Part shown: positions 39,765-51,326 of the stretch, in pieces
Position numbering within the stretch: position 1 is the stretch's first letter
How the letters are laid out: the number at the start of each line of letters is the position of its first letter
Assembly: GCA_937897635.1 (NCBI GenBank)
Contig: CALCQI010000025.1
Location: forward strand, 53,749 to 117,748
DNA length: 64,000 nt
Direction of reading: 5' to 3'
Origin: an uncultured Peptococcaceae bacterium
GTDB taxonomy: Bacteria; Bacillota; Dehalobacteriia; UBA4068; UBA4997
The notes under the pieces: model-generated
Told to the model about the DNA's origin: nothing
Databases searched by the model: none
Seen by the model: the letters and a program-made list of their open reading frames with translations, nothing else
Position numbers and translations under genes: made by a program

Positions 39765-39926
39765 TTATTTTTCAATAATAGCACCCACAGGGCAAGTTTC
39801 TACACAAGCACCGCATTCTACACATGCATCGGTGATTACGTAGATATCACCTTCGTTGATGGCTTCACTGGGGCATTCTGCCTTGCAAGCACCACAAGCC
39901 AAGCATTCATCAGTAATTTTATACAT
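39765..39926 (-). CDS. Clostridial-type 2x[4Fe-4S] ferredoxin (54 aa).
   Basis: 'CLACGACKAECP' and 'CVECGACVETCP' motifs. AGGAGG is 8 nt upstream of 'MYKITDE'. Confidence 0.8.
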   Translation of the reverse strand: MYKITDECLACGACKAECPSEAINEGDIYVITDACVECGACVETCPVGAIIEK

Positions 39927-39984
39927 TAAGAGCACCTCCTTTCGGTTCATCTAAATATCGCAATTTTATTTAAGAAAAGAAAAA

Positions 39985-41288
<1,304 letters not shown>

Positions 41289-41296
41289 CTATTAAA

Positions 41297-41944
41297 TTAT
41301 TTTTGGGTCATCTTAGCTACTTCGGCAGCTAAATCATCCTGACGTTTTTCAATGCCTTCGCCTACTTCAAAACGGGCAAAACGACGAATAGAAATATTTT
41401 CCCCAATTTTGGAGATTTTGGCATTGATAAGATCTTTTACAGTCATATCAGTATCTTTAATAAAAGCCTGCTCCATAAGGCATACTTCCTTAAAGTATTT
41501 TTCAATACGGCCTTCTACCATCTTGTCCACAATCTTTTCAGGTTTGCCTTCGTTCAAAGCCTGCGCACGCAAAACTTCTTTTTCATGATTTATTTTATCC
41601 TGGCTCACTTCTTCACGAACTACGAATTCAGGCTTCGCCGCGGCTATCTGCATTGCTATATCACGGCAAAGTTCTTTGTATTCAGGGGTTTTTGCCACAA
41701 AGTCGGTTTCGCAATTCACTTCAACCAATACACCAATACGGCCACCGCCATGGATATAGCTTTCTACAATGCCTTCAGCAGCAATACGGCCTGCTTTTTT
41801 AGCTGCGGCCGCCAAGCCTTTTTCTCTTAAAAAGTCAATGGCTTTTTCCTTATCACCACCGGTTTCGGCAAGCGCTTTTTTGCAATCCATCATACCGGCA
41901 CCAGTACGTTCACGCAATTCTTTTACATCTGCTGCACTTATCAT
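41297..41944 (-). CDS. tsf: Elongation factor Ts.
   Basis: '[25 protein letters not shown]' canonical N-terminus. Confidence 0.95.
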   Translation of the reverse strand: MISAADVKELRERTGAGMMDCKKALAETGGDKEKAIDFLREKGLAAAAKKAGRIAAEGIVESYIHGGGRIGVLVEVNCETDFVAKTPEYKELCRDIAMQIAAAKPEFVVREEVSQDKINHEKEVLRAQALNEGKPEKIVDKMVEGRIEKYFKEVCLMEQAFIKDTDMTVKDLINAKISKIGENISIRRFARFEVGEGIEKRQDDLAAEVAKMTQK

Positions 41945-41992
41945 CTAAATATCCTCCTAATATATAAAATATATTTTTGCCTGATTCAAGAA

Positions 41993-42025
41993 AAGAGGTA
42001 GGGACGAGGTTTTCCTCCCTACCTC
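41993..42025 (-). terminator. Stem-loop plus T-run between rpsB and tsf (classic rpsB-tsf attenuator/terminator).
   Basis: agaggtaggga / tccctacctct 11-bp stem, then ttttctt on the minus strand. Confidence 0.6.
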
Positions 42026-42038
42026 TTTTAAAAGGTTC

Positions 42039-42818
42039 TTATGCTTCTGCTTTATCAAGTTCGGCTTCAGCTTTAGCAGATTCTTCAGCTATTTCGTGAA
42101 CAGCTGCGGCATCAACAGCTGCTTTGGCCATAGACATACCCTGATTAGCTTCAATGATGGCATCTGCCATTTTACCGGTTAGTAATTTTACCGCACGGAT
42201 GGCATCGTCATTACCGGGGATAGGATAATCTATTTCATCGGGATCACAGTTAGTATCCACGATAGCTACAATGGGAATATGCAAACGACGGGCTTCCGCA
42301 ACCGCAATGCGTTCTTTGCGGGGGTCTACAATAAATATAGCACCGGGAAGTTTACGCATATCCTTGATACCGCCAAGAAAACGTTCCAATTTAAGTTTCT
42401 GGCCGCACAACTGGGAAACTTCCTTTTTGGGCAACAGCTCAAAGGTACCGTCTTCTTCCATGCGTTCCAATTCACGCAAACGGTTGATCCTTTGCTGAAT
42501 GGTACCAAAGTTGGTAAGCATACCACCCAACCAGCGTTCATTTACAAAGTACTGGCCTGCACGAAGTGCTTCTTCCTTGATTGCTTCCTGAGCTTGTTTT
42601 TTTGTACCTACAAAAAGTACAGCTTTACCTTCAGAAGCCACTTCTTTAATAAAGTTATAGGCTTCATCAACCTTATGAACGGTTTTTTGCAAGTCGATAA
42701 TGTAAATGCCGTTCCTTTCGGTAAAGATGTAGCGACCCATTTTAGGGTTCCAGCGACGGGTTTGGTGGCCAAAATGTACACCGGCCTCCAAAAGTTGTTT
42801 CATAGAGATTACTGCCAT
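42039..42818 (-). CDS. rpsB: 30S ribosomal protein S2.
   Basis: '[22 protein letters not shown]' motif. A 9-bp-stem hairpin sits in the leader at 42859-42890. Confidence 0.95.
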   Translation of the reverse strand: MAVISMKQLLEAGVHFGHQTRRWNPKMGRYIFTERNGIYIIDLQKTVHKVDEAYNFIKEVASEGKAVLFVGTKKQAQEAIKEEALRAGQYFVNERWLGGMLTNFGTIQQRINRLRELERMEEDGTFELLPKKEVSQLCGQKLKLERFLGGIKDMRKLPGAIFIVDPRKERIAVAEARRLHIPIVAIVDTNCDPDEIDYPIPGNDDAIRAVKLLTGKMADAIIEANQGMSMAKAAVDAAAVHEIAEESAKAEAELDKAEA

Positions 42819-43040
42819 TTTATTTCCTCCTTTTGTTTTGCCTCCAACAAACTCAACTGGTTATTGCAGCTTGCGCCACGGGCAATAACCATCCTTTGCC
42901 GTGAGTGATAATAAACCACAATTTAGTATAGCAAACAAAAATATTTTTTGCAACCATATTATATTTGAATTTCGAGCTTTTTAACATTTTACCCTTATTT
43001 TAGGAAAAAAACCCGAAAATAAATACGATAATTCAAAATT

Positions 43041-44450
43041 TTATAGAATAAATCTGCTCATATCTTCATTTTGTGCTAACAGGGAAAGCTTGCTTTCCAC
43101 ATAAGCTTTATCTATATCCACATTTGTCAAAGCAGCATCCGGAGCCTGATACAACAAATCCTCCAGCACTTTTTCCAAAATTGTGTAAAGCCTGCGGGCG
43201 CCGATATTCTCGGTAGCACTATTTACCTGCTGGGCTATTGCAGCCATAGCACCTATGCCGTCTTCCGTGAAATGTATATCTACACCATCTGCTTGTAAAA
43301 GCGCTACATATTGCTTGACCAAGGAGTTTTGGGGTTCTAAAAGGATACGGCGAAAATCTTCTTCCGTTAAGCTTTCCAATTCCACCCTAATGGGAAAACG
43401 ACCCTGCAATTCGGGAATAAGATCAGAAGGTTTGGCCACATGGAAAGCACCTGCCGCAATGAACAGCATATAATCGGTTTTCACGGGGCCGTATTTGGTC
43501 ATTACGGTAGAACCTTCAACTATAGGTAAAATATCCCTTTGCACGCCCTCGCGCGAAACATCCTGCCCACCGCCGGTATGGCCGCTCCTTACCGCTATTT
43601 TATCTATTTCGTCAAAAAAGATGATGCCGGATTGTTCAGCCCTTTCGATACCACGTCCGGTAGCTTCGTCCGTATCTATAAGCTTCACGCATTCCTCCTG
43701 AATCAAAATTTTTCTGGCCTCCGCCACGGTAAGCTTGCGGCGTTTGGTTTTTTTAGGCATCAGGCCGCCAAACATTTCCTGAATATTGATGCCCATTTCG
43801 TCCATGCCGTTTATGGAACCTATAGGCATAGATTGCTCTTCTACTTCTATTTCTACCAAATGGTCTTCCATATAGCCCATGGCAAGCAGTTCCTTTACTT
43901 TTTGACGGCGGGTTTTGGCTTCCTCCGCCTCCACCTGAGAAGTTTCCCTGGTGTATTCATCGTCGTCATCATCCCTAACCCCTCCGAAAAATAGCTCCAT
44001 GGGATTGCGGTTGACTTTTTTATCCTTGCGGCCTGCGGGAGCCAAAAGATCCAACAGCCTTTCCTCCGCGGCGGCTTCGCCCTGCGGGCGCACTTTTTCC
44101 ATTTGCTCGTTTTTGACCATGCGGATGGCTATTTCCGTTATATCCCTAACGATGGACTCAACATCCCGCCCCACATAGCCAACTTCTGTAAACTTTGTGG
44201 CCTCAACTTTTAAGAAAGGAGCTTGCACAAGTTTAGCTAAGCGACGGGCTATTTCGGTTTTGCCCACACCTGTGGGGCCTATCATAATAATATTTTTGGG
44301 CATTATTTCGTCCTGAATAGCGGTACCCAAGCATTTGCGGCGATAACGGTTTCTTAAGGCCACCGCCACACAACGTTTGGCATTATCCTGGCCGATGATG
44401 TATTTATCCAGCTCGGCAACTATTTGCCTTGGGGTCAATTCATTCATCAT
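43041..44450 (-). CDS. hslU: ATP-dependent protease ATPase subunit HslU.
   Basis: '[18 protein letters not shown]' Walker A and an acidic I-domain. Confidence 0.95.
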   Translation of the reverse strand: MMNELTPRQIVAELDKYIIGQDNAKRCVAVALRNRYRRKCLGTAIQDEIMPKNIIMIGPTGVGKTEIARRLAKLVQAPFLKVEATKFTEVGYVGRDVESIVRDITEIAIRMVKNEQMEKVRPQGEAAAEERLLDLLAPAGRKDKKVNRNPMELFFGGVRDDDDDEYTRETSQVEAEEAKTRRQKVKELLAMGYMEDHLVEIEVEEQSMPIGSINGMDEMGINIQEMFGGLMPKKTKRRKLTVAEARKILIQEECVKLIDTDEATGRGIERAEQSGIIFFDEIDKIAVRSGHTGGGQDVSREGVQRDILPIVEGSTVMTKYGPVKTDYMLFIAAGAFHVAKPSDLIPELQGRFPIRVELESLTEEDFRRILLEPQNSLVKQYVALLQADGVDIHFTEDGIGAMAAIAQQVNSATENIGARRLYTILEKVLEDLLYQAPDAALTNVDIDKAYVESKLSLLAQNEDMSRFIL

Positions 44451-44952
44451 TATATTACCTCTTTTCTGTTTTTATACTTTTGGCTAGAATTCGAAAGCAT
44501 TAAGCTATTTATTTATAATAAAAACTGCCTCTATTTAATCTTAACCATAAACTTAACCATAAAATCAAAGCATTAATAAAGGAGTTGATGTTATTTTGCT
44601 CCCTATCCCCCTTGACCCCTGCCCAGGAAAGGGGAGTTTTGCGCCCTAACCGCTTAGGCTACAGTTTTCAACTGCCGCTAAGTCGGTGCATTTGGCACGC
44701 GGATACGCCTCAAAACTTCCCCGTTGGATCCGCTAAATGGCATTGCGAACTCGTAATGTAAACTATCTTTCGCAATGCCATTTGCCTGTGCTTACCGCCT
44801 TATCAGCAAGAAAACTCTACGCCACGCTTTACGGGTGCGAAAAAGCATTTTTAATCCCAAACGCTAACTTATAATTCCAAGTATTAGCAAGGAATAATTA
44901 AAACCATTAAATGTATTTCGCATAACATAACATACATAATATTTAAAATCCT
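44451..44952. other. A 500 bp non-coding spacer between hslV and hslU, with a GC-richer, structured core at about 44590-44850.
   Basis: No ORF of 60 aa or more in any frame. Contains a 13-bp perfect inverted repeat (aaatggcattgcg … cgcaatgccattt, 44735-44783), a cccct…agggg hairpin and three CCGCT(T)A direct repeats. Composition is atypical for this genome. Confidence 0.5.
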
Positions 44953-45501
44953 TTATTTGGCTTCCGGTTCGGTTTCTTCCACTATAATATTGGTATTCGT
45001 GTAAACACAAATATCCGCCGCTATGGTAAGAGCTTCCTTAGCTATCTCCGCTGCGCTCAAATCTGTATGAGCTACCAAAGCGCGTGCCGCTGCCAAAGCA
45101 TAAGCACCACCCGAACCTATAGCAGCAATATTATCATCAGGCTCTATTACTTCACCGCTACCGGAAAGGATGAGAACTTCATCACCGCTTGCAACTATCA
45201 TCATGGCTTCCAACTGACGCAGCATTTTATCGGTGCGCCATTCTTTAGCCAAAGCCACTGCAGAACGTGTAAGGTTGCCACGGAATTCCTCTAGCTTTAT
45301 TTCGAATTTGTCGAACAGGCTGAAGGCGTCTGCTACTGAACCCGCAAAACCTACAACTACCTGATCCTTATACAGGCGGCGTACTTTACGTGCACCTTTT
45401 TTCATAATAATACTGTTACTTAAGGTTACTTGGCCATCTCCTGCTACCGCAACTTTGCCGTCTTTTTTTACCGCTACTATGGTAGTACCCCTTAATTCCA
45501 T
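44953..45501 (-). CDS. hslV: ATP-dependent protease subunit HslV (CodW-like, with a 5-residue propeptide before the catalytic Thr).
   Basis: '[11 protein letters not shown]…GDGQV' and 'GSGG'. Confidence 0.95.
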   Translation of the reverse strand: MELRGTTIVAVKKDGKVAVAGDGQVTLSNSIIMKKGARKVRRLYKDQVVVGFAGSVADAFSLFDKFEIKLEEFRGNLTRSAVALAKEWRTDKMLRQLEAMMIVASGDEVLILSGSGEVIEPDDNIAAIGSGGAYALAAARALVAHTDLSAAEIAKEALTIAADICVYTNTNIIVEETEPEAK

Positions 45502-45537
45502 TTCTACACAACCTTTCTGTTAGCTGCTATATTATTC

Positions 45538-46452
45538 TTATGCTCGGGGATGACTTTTATTATAAGCATCCCTAATTGTTGTCATACTCAAATGGGTATA
45601 AATTTGTGTGGTCGATATATTTTTATGCCCCAAAAGCTCCTGCACCGAACGCAGATCCGCTCCATTTTCCAAAAGATGTGTAGCAAAACTGTGGCGCAAG
45701 CTGTGCGGGCTTACATTTTTATCTATAAAAGTTTTTTCAATATATTTATTCAAAATCATCCTAACACTGCGGTCAGTTAGCCTGCCGCCCCTTTGATTGA
45801 TAAACAAAGGCTCGTCTAAACCAGCTGTTTTGCCTGCCGCTATCCGCAAAGCCAGATAGGTTTGCACAGCATCAATAGCTAAATCGCCTACGGGCACTAT
45901 CCTTTCTTTACTACCTTTACCGATAACTCGCACAAAACCCGCATGGCAATCGATATTTTTGATATTCATGCTTACCAACTCGCTCACGCGCAAGCCGCAG
46001 CCATACAAAACTTCAAGAATACTCCTGTCCCTCATGCCCCAAAGATCCTCAGCCGTTACCGACATCAGGGCTTCTATTTCCTCGGGATACAAAAAAATGG
46101 GCAATTTTTTTTCCAGCTTTGGGCTTGCTACTTCCGCAGCAGGGTTATGCATAACAATTTCCTGGCGCATCAAAAAACGGTAGAAGGAACGCGCCGCCGA
46201 AAGCTTTCTGGAAATAGTGCGCTTATCCAGCCCCTGCCTTTGCAGATGCGCCAAATAATTACGCATGATAATATAGCTCAAGGCTTCAGGATCATCCAGC
46301 ACCGCTGTTTGGTGGTTTTCCTCAAGGTAGACGAGAAAAGATGCAAGATCCTTGCGGTAAGCCTGTATAGTATTGGGAGAATAATTTTTTTCGATCTGCA
46401 CATAGGATAAAAATTCTGCCGCCCTGTTTTTAAAACTGTTCAGTTCATCCAT
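45538..46452 (-). CDS. xerC: Tyrosine recombinase XerC/CodV.
   Basis: R…HxxR…Y catalytic residues ('HSLRHSFATHLLENGADLRSVQELLGH…Y'). Confidence 0.85.
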   Translation of the reverse strand: MDELNSFKNRAAEFLSYVQIEKNYSPNTIQAYRKDLASFLVYLEENHQTAVLDDPEALSYIIMRNYLAHLQRQGLDKRTISRKLSAARSFYRFLMRQEIVMHNPAAEVASPKLEKKLPIFLYPEEIEALMSVTAEDLWGMRDRSILEVLYGCGLRVSELVSMNIKNIDCHAGFVRVIGKGSKERIVPVGDLAIDAVQTYLALRIAAGKTAGLDEPLFINQRGGRLTDRSVRMILNKYIEKTFIDKNVSPHSLRHSFATHLLENGADLRSVQELLGHKNISTTQIYTHLSMTTIRDAYNKSHPRA

Positions 46453-46478
46453 AGTGCGCCCCCCTTTAAACTGCTTAG

Positions 46479-47798
46479 TTAAACTTGCTCATGCAACAGA
46501 AAGTTTTTTATATCCGTAAGTGCTCTTTCTGCTAAAAGCCTGTTCTTTTCACTCTTTTTGCGAATGCGTTGCCCTAAAGGTTCCAGCAAACCAAATGTAA
46601 CATTCATAGGCTGGAAATTGGGGTTCGGTATTTGCAAATACCTTATAAGCCCACCCAGCGCTGTTGTAGAAGGATAAAGCAAGGCCGTTTTCCCTTGCTC
46701 CTTCCTTGCCGCATTGATACCCACAACCATACCGCAAGCAGCAGATTCCACATACCCCTCCACACCTGTTATTTGCCCTGCAAAACAAATTTGAGGCTTT
46801 GCTTTTAAGGATAAATCAGCATTCAAGAGCATAGGGGAATTCAAATAGGTGTTCCTATGCATTACCCCGTAACGCAGGATTCCTGCCTTTTCCAGCCCCG
46901 GTATCATCCTGAACACCCGTTTTTGCTCAGGCCAAGTTAAACGAGTTTGAAAGCCTACCATATTGAACATGGTTGCGGAAGCGTTATCTTGCCTTAACTG
47001 CACTATGGCATAGGCTTCGGTACCCGTATGCGGGTTTATGATACCCACCGGTTTCAAAGGCCCGAAACGCATGGTATCCACACCGCGCCTGGCCATAGCT
47101 TCAATAGGCATGCAACCCTGAAAATCCTTTTCTTTTTCAAAAACCTTTAGGGGCACTAATTCAGCACTCACCAGCTCATTATAAAAAGCAAGGTATTCCT
47201 CTTTATTCATGGGGCAGTTGATATAGTCACCCTCGGGCAAATCACCCCTGCCATACCGTGAAGCTCGAAAAGCAATCTGCATATCTATAGTATTACCATC
47301 CACTATAGGTGCCACAGCATCATGGAAATGCAGGTAAGGGCTGTTTATCTGTGCGGCAATTGCTTGGGTAAGTTTTTCGCTTGCCAAAGGCCCTGCCGCT
47401 ATGATCACAATACCACTGAATTGTGAGAGATCCGTGATTTCTTCGTGAATTATTTGGATATTGGGATGATTGGACAATGCCTTGGTAATATAGCTGCCAA
47501 AAGCTTCTCTATCCACCGCTAAGGCTCCGCCGGCCGGCACTTTAGAGGCATCTGCCGCTTGCATGATTAGGGAATCAAACAAGCGCATTTCCTCTTTTAA
47601 CAGGCCAACAGCATTGCCCAATCCCGCTGCGCGCAGGGAATTACTGCAAACAAGCTCACCAAAATAAGCAGTTTTGTGGGAGGGCGGCATTTTATGGGGC
47701 CGCATTTCATAAAGTTTTACTTTAATACCTCTTTGGGCTACCTGCCAAGCGGCTTCCGAACCTGCAAGGCCTGCACCAATAATATTAATAAATTGATC
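46479..47798 (-). CDS. trmFO: Methylenetetrahydrofolate--tRNA-(U54) methyltransferase TrmFO (Gid). Start is probably the TTG at 47798.
   Basis: 'INIIGAGLAGSEAAWQ' FAD motif. AGGAG is 8 nt upstream of the TTG; the upstream ATG at 47828 has no RBS. Confidence 0.9.
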   Translation of the reverse strand, partial: DQFINIIGAGLAGSEAAWQVAQRGIKVKLYEMRPHKMPPSHKTAYFGELVCSNSLRAAGLGNAVGLLKEEMRLFDSLIMQAADASKVPAGGALAVDREAFGSYITKALSNHPNIQIIHEEITDLSQFSGIVIIAAGPLASEKLTQAIAAQINSPYLHFHDAVAPIVDGNTIDMQIAFRASRYGRGDLPEGDYINCPMNKEEYLAFYNELVSAELVPLKVFEKEKDFQGCMPIEAMARRGVDTMRFGPLKPVGIINPHTGTEAYAIVQLRQDNASATMFNMVGFQTRLTWPEQKRVFRMIPGLEKAGILRYGVMHRNTYLNSPMLLNADLSLKAKPQICFAGQITGVEGYVESAACGMVVGINAARKEQGKTALLYPSTTALGGLIRYLQIPNPNFQPMNVTFGLLEPLGQRIRKKSEKNRLLAERALTDIKNFLLHEQV

Positions 47799-47886
47799 AG
47801 CCAATGTATTTTCTCCTATTTTTATCAAATAAGTATCTTAAAAGCTTATGCAAACGGGCGGGTTTACACCCGCCCCACAATTTCTA

Positions 47887-50004
47887 TTATTTTTTTGCTT
47901 TCCTGCCGCGCTTTACGGGCACAGCGGGTTTGGAAGGACAATCAGGGTTGGGGCAAATGGTTATTTTACCCGCCTGTTTGGTTTCCTTTTCCGTTAACTG
48001 CCAGCCACAGGATGGGCATTTTTCCTCAATAGGTTTGTCCCAGGAAATATATTTACAATTAGGGTAATTATCGCAGCCATAGAAAATACGACGGCTTTTG
48101 GACTTTCTTTGAATTATATTACCTCCGCAGGCCAAGCATTTAACACCTATAGCATTCACTATAGCTTTGGTATTATGGCATTCGGGAAAACCCGAGCAAG
48201 CCATGAATTTACCGAAACGCCCCATTTTGTAAACCATCGGTTTACCACACTTTTCACAAAGCTCACCTGTATATTCAGGAGCCAGTTCCACTTTTTCCAC
48301 TTTTTCTTCCGCCTGTTTTAAGGCTTCGGAAAAAGGCCCGTAAAACTGGCGCACTACCTCACGCCATTCCAAATTACCTTCTTCCACTACATCCAATTCA
48401 TCCTCCATTTTAGCAGTGAATTCGGTATCTATGATATTAGGAAAATTCTCTTTTAAAAGATCCACCACTACGGAGCCAAGCTCAGTAGAATAAAAGTGTT
48501 TGTCTTCCCTTACCACATAGCCCCTGGTGATTATTGTATCTATAATAGGCGCATAAGTACTTGGGCGGCCTATGCCCAATTCTTCCATCACTTTTACCAG
48601 CATAGCCTCAGTATAACGGAAAGGCGGCTGTGTGAAATGCTGATTAGACAACAATTCTTTAAGACTAAGCTCCTGATTTGCCTTTACCGCAGGTAAATTT
48701 CCCGTAGCCTCGGCATCCGTTTCGCTTGTTTCATTTTCATCCTTGCCTTCCATATAAACCTGCATGAAACCGGGGAAGCGTACAACACTGCCACTGGAAC
48801 GGAACAAGCAATCCGCTGCTTTAATATCCACGGTGGTGGCGTCTAAAACAGCGGCACTCATTTGGCTGGCCACAAAACGCTCCCAGATCAGCTTATATAA
48901 TTTATATTGCGCAGGCTTCAAATAGGGCTTCATTTGGCTTGGCGTACGATAAACCGAAGTAGGACGTATGGCCTCGTGCGCATTTTGCACTTTACCTTTA
49001 ACAGCAAATTCCCGCGGTTTAGCAGGCACAAATTTTTCCCCATAAACTTCACCTATAAAAACGCGCAAACTTGTCATTGCCTGCTCGGAAATACGGGTAG
49101 AGTCTGTACGCATATAGCTTATTAAACCTACCACGCCTTCTTTGCCCAGTTCTATACCTTCATAAAGCTGTTGGGCTATCTGCATGGTTTTTTTGGTAGT
49201 ATAACCTGCTTTACGATAGGCCTCCTGCTGCATACTGCTGGTAGTGAAAGGTGGCACAGGGTTTTTCTTCTTTTCCTTTGTGGTAATAGATTCCACTTTA
49301 TAAACGGCCCCTGTCAAGCTTTGCTTGACTTTTGCCATTTCAACTTCTGAACCTATAGAAACCTTTTTGCCATTTATTTTTTGCAGCCTGGCTGTTAAAT
49401 TGCCTTTTTCTGCAAGTAAAACTGCGTCAAGTGTCCAGTATTCTTCGGGCACAAAGGCATTTATTTCTTCTTCTCTATCGCAAATCAGCCTTACGGCTAC
49501 AGATTGTACACGGCCTGCACTCAGGCCTTTTTTTACTTTTGCCCACAACAAAGGGGAGATTTTATAGCCCACTAGGCGGTCCAAAACCCTGCGCGCCTGT
49601 TGAGAATTCACCCTGTTCATATCGATGGTCCTGGGTTCTTTGATGGCTCTTAATACCGTATCCTTGGTTATTTCATTAAATTCAATACGACAAAGCTCGT
49701 CTTCGGCCTTAAGATAGTGTTTTAAATGCCAAGCTATAACTTCCCCCTCACGGTCGGGGTCAGCAGCCAGCAAAATGCGGCTTGCTTTTTTGGCATCATC
49801 CTTAAGGATTTTCAAAATTTCTCCTTTACCGCGGATTGTTATATATTTAGGTTCAAAGTTATTCTCAACATCCACACCCAGTTCACTCTTGGGCAGATCC
49901 CTAACATGGCCCATAGAAGAACGAACTATATATTTACTGCCTAAAAATTTACTTATTGCTTTTGCCTTGGTTGGAGATTCCACGATTACCAAAGTTTTGG
50001 ACAT
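47887..50004 (-). CDS. topA: DNA topoisomerase I.
   Basis: TOPRIM domain 'LVIVESPTKAK' and C-terminal Cys4 zinc ribbons. Confidence 0.95.
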   Translation of the reverse strand: MSKTLVIVESPTKAKAISKFLGSKYIVRSSMGHVRDLPKSELGVDVENNFEPKYITIRGKGEILKILKDDAKKASRILLAADPDREGEVIAWHLKHYLKAEDELCRIEFNEITKDTVLRAIKEPRTIDMNRVNSQQARRVLDRLVGYKISPLLWAKVKKGLSAGRVQSVAVRLICDREEEINAFVPEEYWTLDAVLLAEKGNLTARLQKINGKKVSIGSEVEMAKVKQSLTGAVYKVESITTKEKKKNPVPPFTTSSMQQEAYRKAGYTTKKTMQIAQQLYEGIELGKEGVVGLISYMRTDSTRISEQAMTSLRVFIGEVYGEKFVPAKPREFAVKGKVQNAHEAIRPTSVYRTPSQMKPYLKPAQYKLYKLIWERFVASQMSAAVLDATTVDIKAADCLFRSSGSVVRFPGFMQVYMEGKDENETSETDAEATGNLPAVKANQELSLKELLSNQHFTQPPFRYTEAMLVKVMEELGIGRPSTYAPIIDTIITRGYVVREDKHFYSTELGSVVVDLLKENFPNIIDTEFTAKMEDELDVVEEGNLEWREVVRQFYGPFSEALKQAEEKVEKVELAPEYTGELCEKCGKPMVYKMGRFGKFMACSGFPECHNTKAIVNAIGVKCLACGGNIIQRKSKSRRIFYGCDNYPNCKYISWDKPIEEKCPSCGWQLTEKETKQAGKITICPNPDCPSKPAVPVKRGRKAKK

Positions 50005-50065
50005 AAATGCACCTCTCGCGTTTTATCTTAATTTAATATTATCCTATTTCCAAATTGCCAAAGCA

Positions 50066-51169
50066 TTAGTGCTTAGCAATATAATACTTGCCCTCAAGCG
50101 GTGTAAGCAAACCGGAAAGCTCTGCCATGGTAAGCATTTGCGCAAGCTCTGCCGCCGTAAGCTTGAGCTCACGAGCTATTTCATCAAAATGACGGGGGAC
50201 CGATAAAAAACTTACTAACTTGCGCTCATCGCCCTTTAAAACGGGCTTAGCTTCATCAAACAAAGATGGCTGGCTTATGCTTGGCCCTTTGAAATCCAAC
50301 AGATCATCTCTATATTCATCTAATATATCGTCTACACAGCTCACTAATTTAGCATGCTGGTTTTTTATCATAGTATGTGTACCACAGCTCAAACTGCTGA
50401 AAATAGGCCCCGGTACGGCAAAAACATCTCTATTTTGCTCCAAAGCAAAATCTACGGTTATTTGAGTGCCGCTTTTTTGAGCAGCCTCAACCACCACAAC
50501 TCCACGGCATAAACCGCTTATCAAACGGTTACGCATGGGAAAATGCATGGGTATAGGCAAAGTGCCTATGGGAAATTCACTGATGACCGCTCCTTGAGCG
50601 GCTGTTTCAGCATACAGGTTTTTATTCTCTCTGGGGTAGATAACATCTACACCGCAGCCCAAAACGCCTGCGGTTTTACCGCCGCCTGCCAAAGCTCCCC
50701 GATGAGCCACAGAATCTATACCTCTTGCCAAACCACTTACTACCCAAATACCTGCCATACCAAGGCTTTTGCTCAAGCTTTCTGCCGCCTGTTTACCGTA
50801 AGCCGTGGCATTTCTTGCACCCACCATGGCTATGCATAAATCACTGTCTTGCGGCAAACTGCCTTTATAATATAACAAATATGGGGGATCAGCAATATTC
50901 TTTAACAAGGTTGGATATTTTTCTTCATTATATAATAACAGTTTGGCTTCGGCCTTACAAAAGTTTTCATAAACCGTTTCAGGGTTGGTAAGCCTACGCA
51001 GGCTTATCATGCTTTCAGCTTCCTTGGCTGTTATACCGTAAACCTCGGCCCATTCGGCAGGGTTGTTCCAAGCAGTTTCGGCATCACCGAAATGCGCCAT
51101 CAGATTATGCAAACGCTTAGGCTGTAAAAAACACAGGCTGTGTAATGCCATTATATGTTCAACAGCCAT
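50066..51169 (-). CDS. dprA: DNA processing protein DprA (Smf).
   Basis: Rossmann-like core 'AMVGARNATAYG…VVSGLARGIDS'. Confidence 0.9.
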   Translation of the reverse strand: MAVEHIMALHSLCFLQPKRLHNLMAHFGDAETAWNNPAEWAEVYGITAKEAESMISLRRLTNPETVYENFCKAEAKLLLYNEEKYPTLLKNIADPPYLLYYKGSLPQDSDLCIAMVGARNATAYGKQAAESLSKSLGMAGIWVVSGLARGIDSVAHRGALAGGGKTAGVLGCGVDVIYPRENKNLYAETAAQGAVISEFPIGTLPIPMHFPMRNRLISGLCRGVVVVEAAQKSGTQITVDFALEQNRDVFAVPGPIFSSLSCGTHTMIKNQHAKLVSCVDDILDEYRDDLLDFKGPSISQPSLFDEAKPVLKGDERKLVSFLSVPRHFDEIARELKLTAAELAQMLTMAELSGLLTPLEGKYYIAKH

Positions 51170-51326
51170 TTTCCTTCCTCACCCTTCCTCACCCTTCCTG
51201 AAATAATTAGCTCGAAACCCTGAAAAGAACAAGCTTCAGTAAAAAGCTTAAAAAGAACCTAAAAACAAAAAGCCCTTTATAGTTTTATTATACTATCCCA
51301 TAAAAAGCCTTTTGTCCAGCACAATT

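Noticed and set aside
44588-44761. 57-codon plus-strand ORF (MLFCSLSPLTPAQERGVLRPNRLGY…) inside the hslV-hslU spacer
   Set aside because: Opposite strand to all neighbours. The SD is only 3 nt from the ATG. The composition is that of GC-rich non-coding DNA (Ser/Leu/Pro/Arg), and it is below the size threshold with no recognisable domain.
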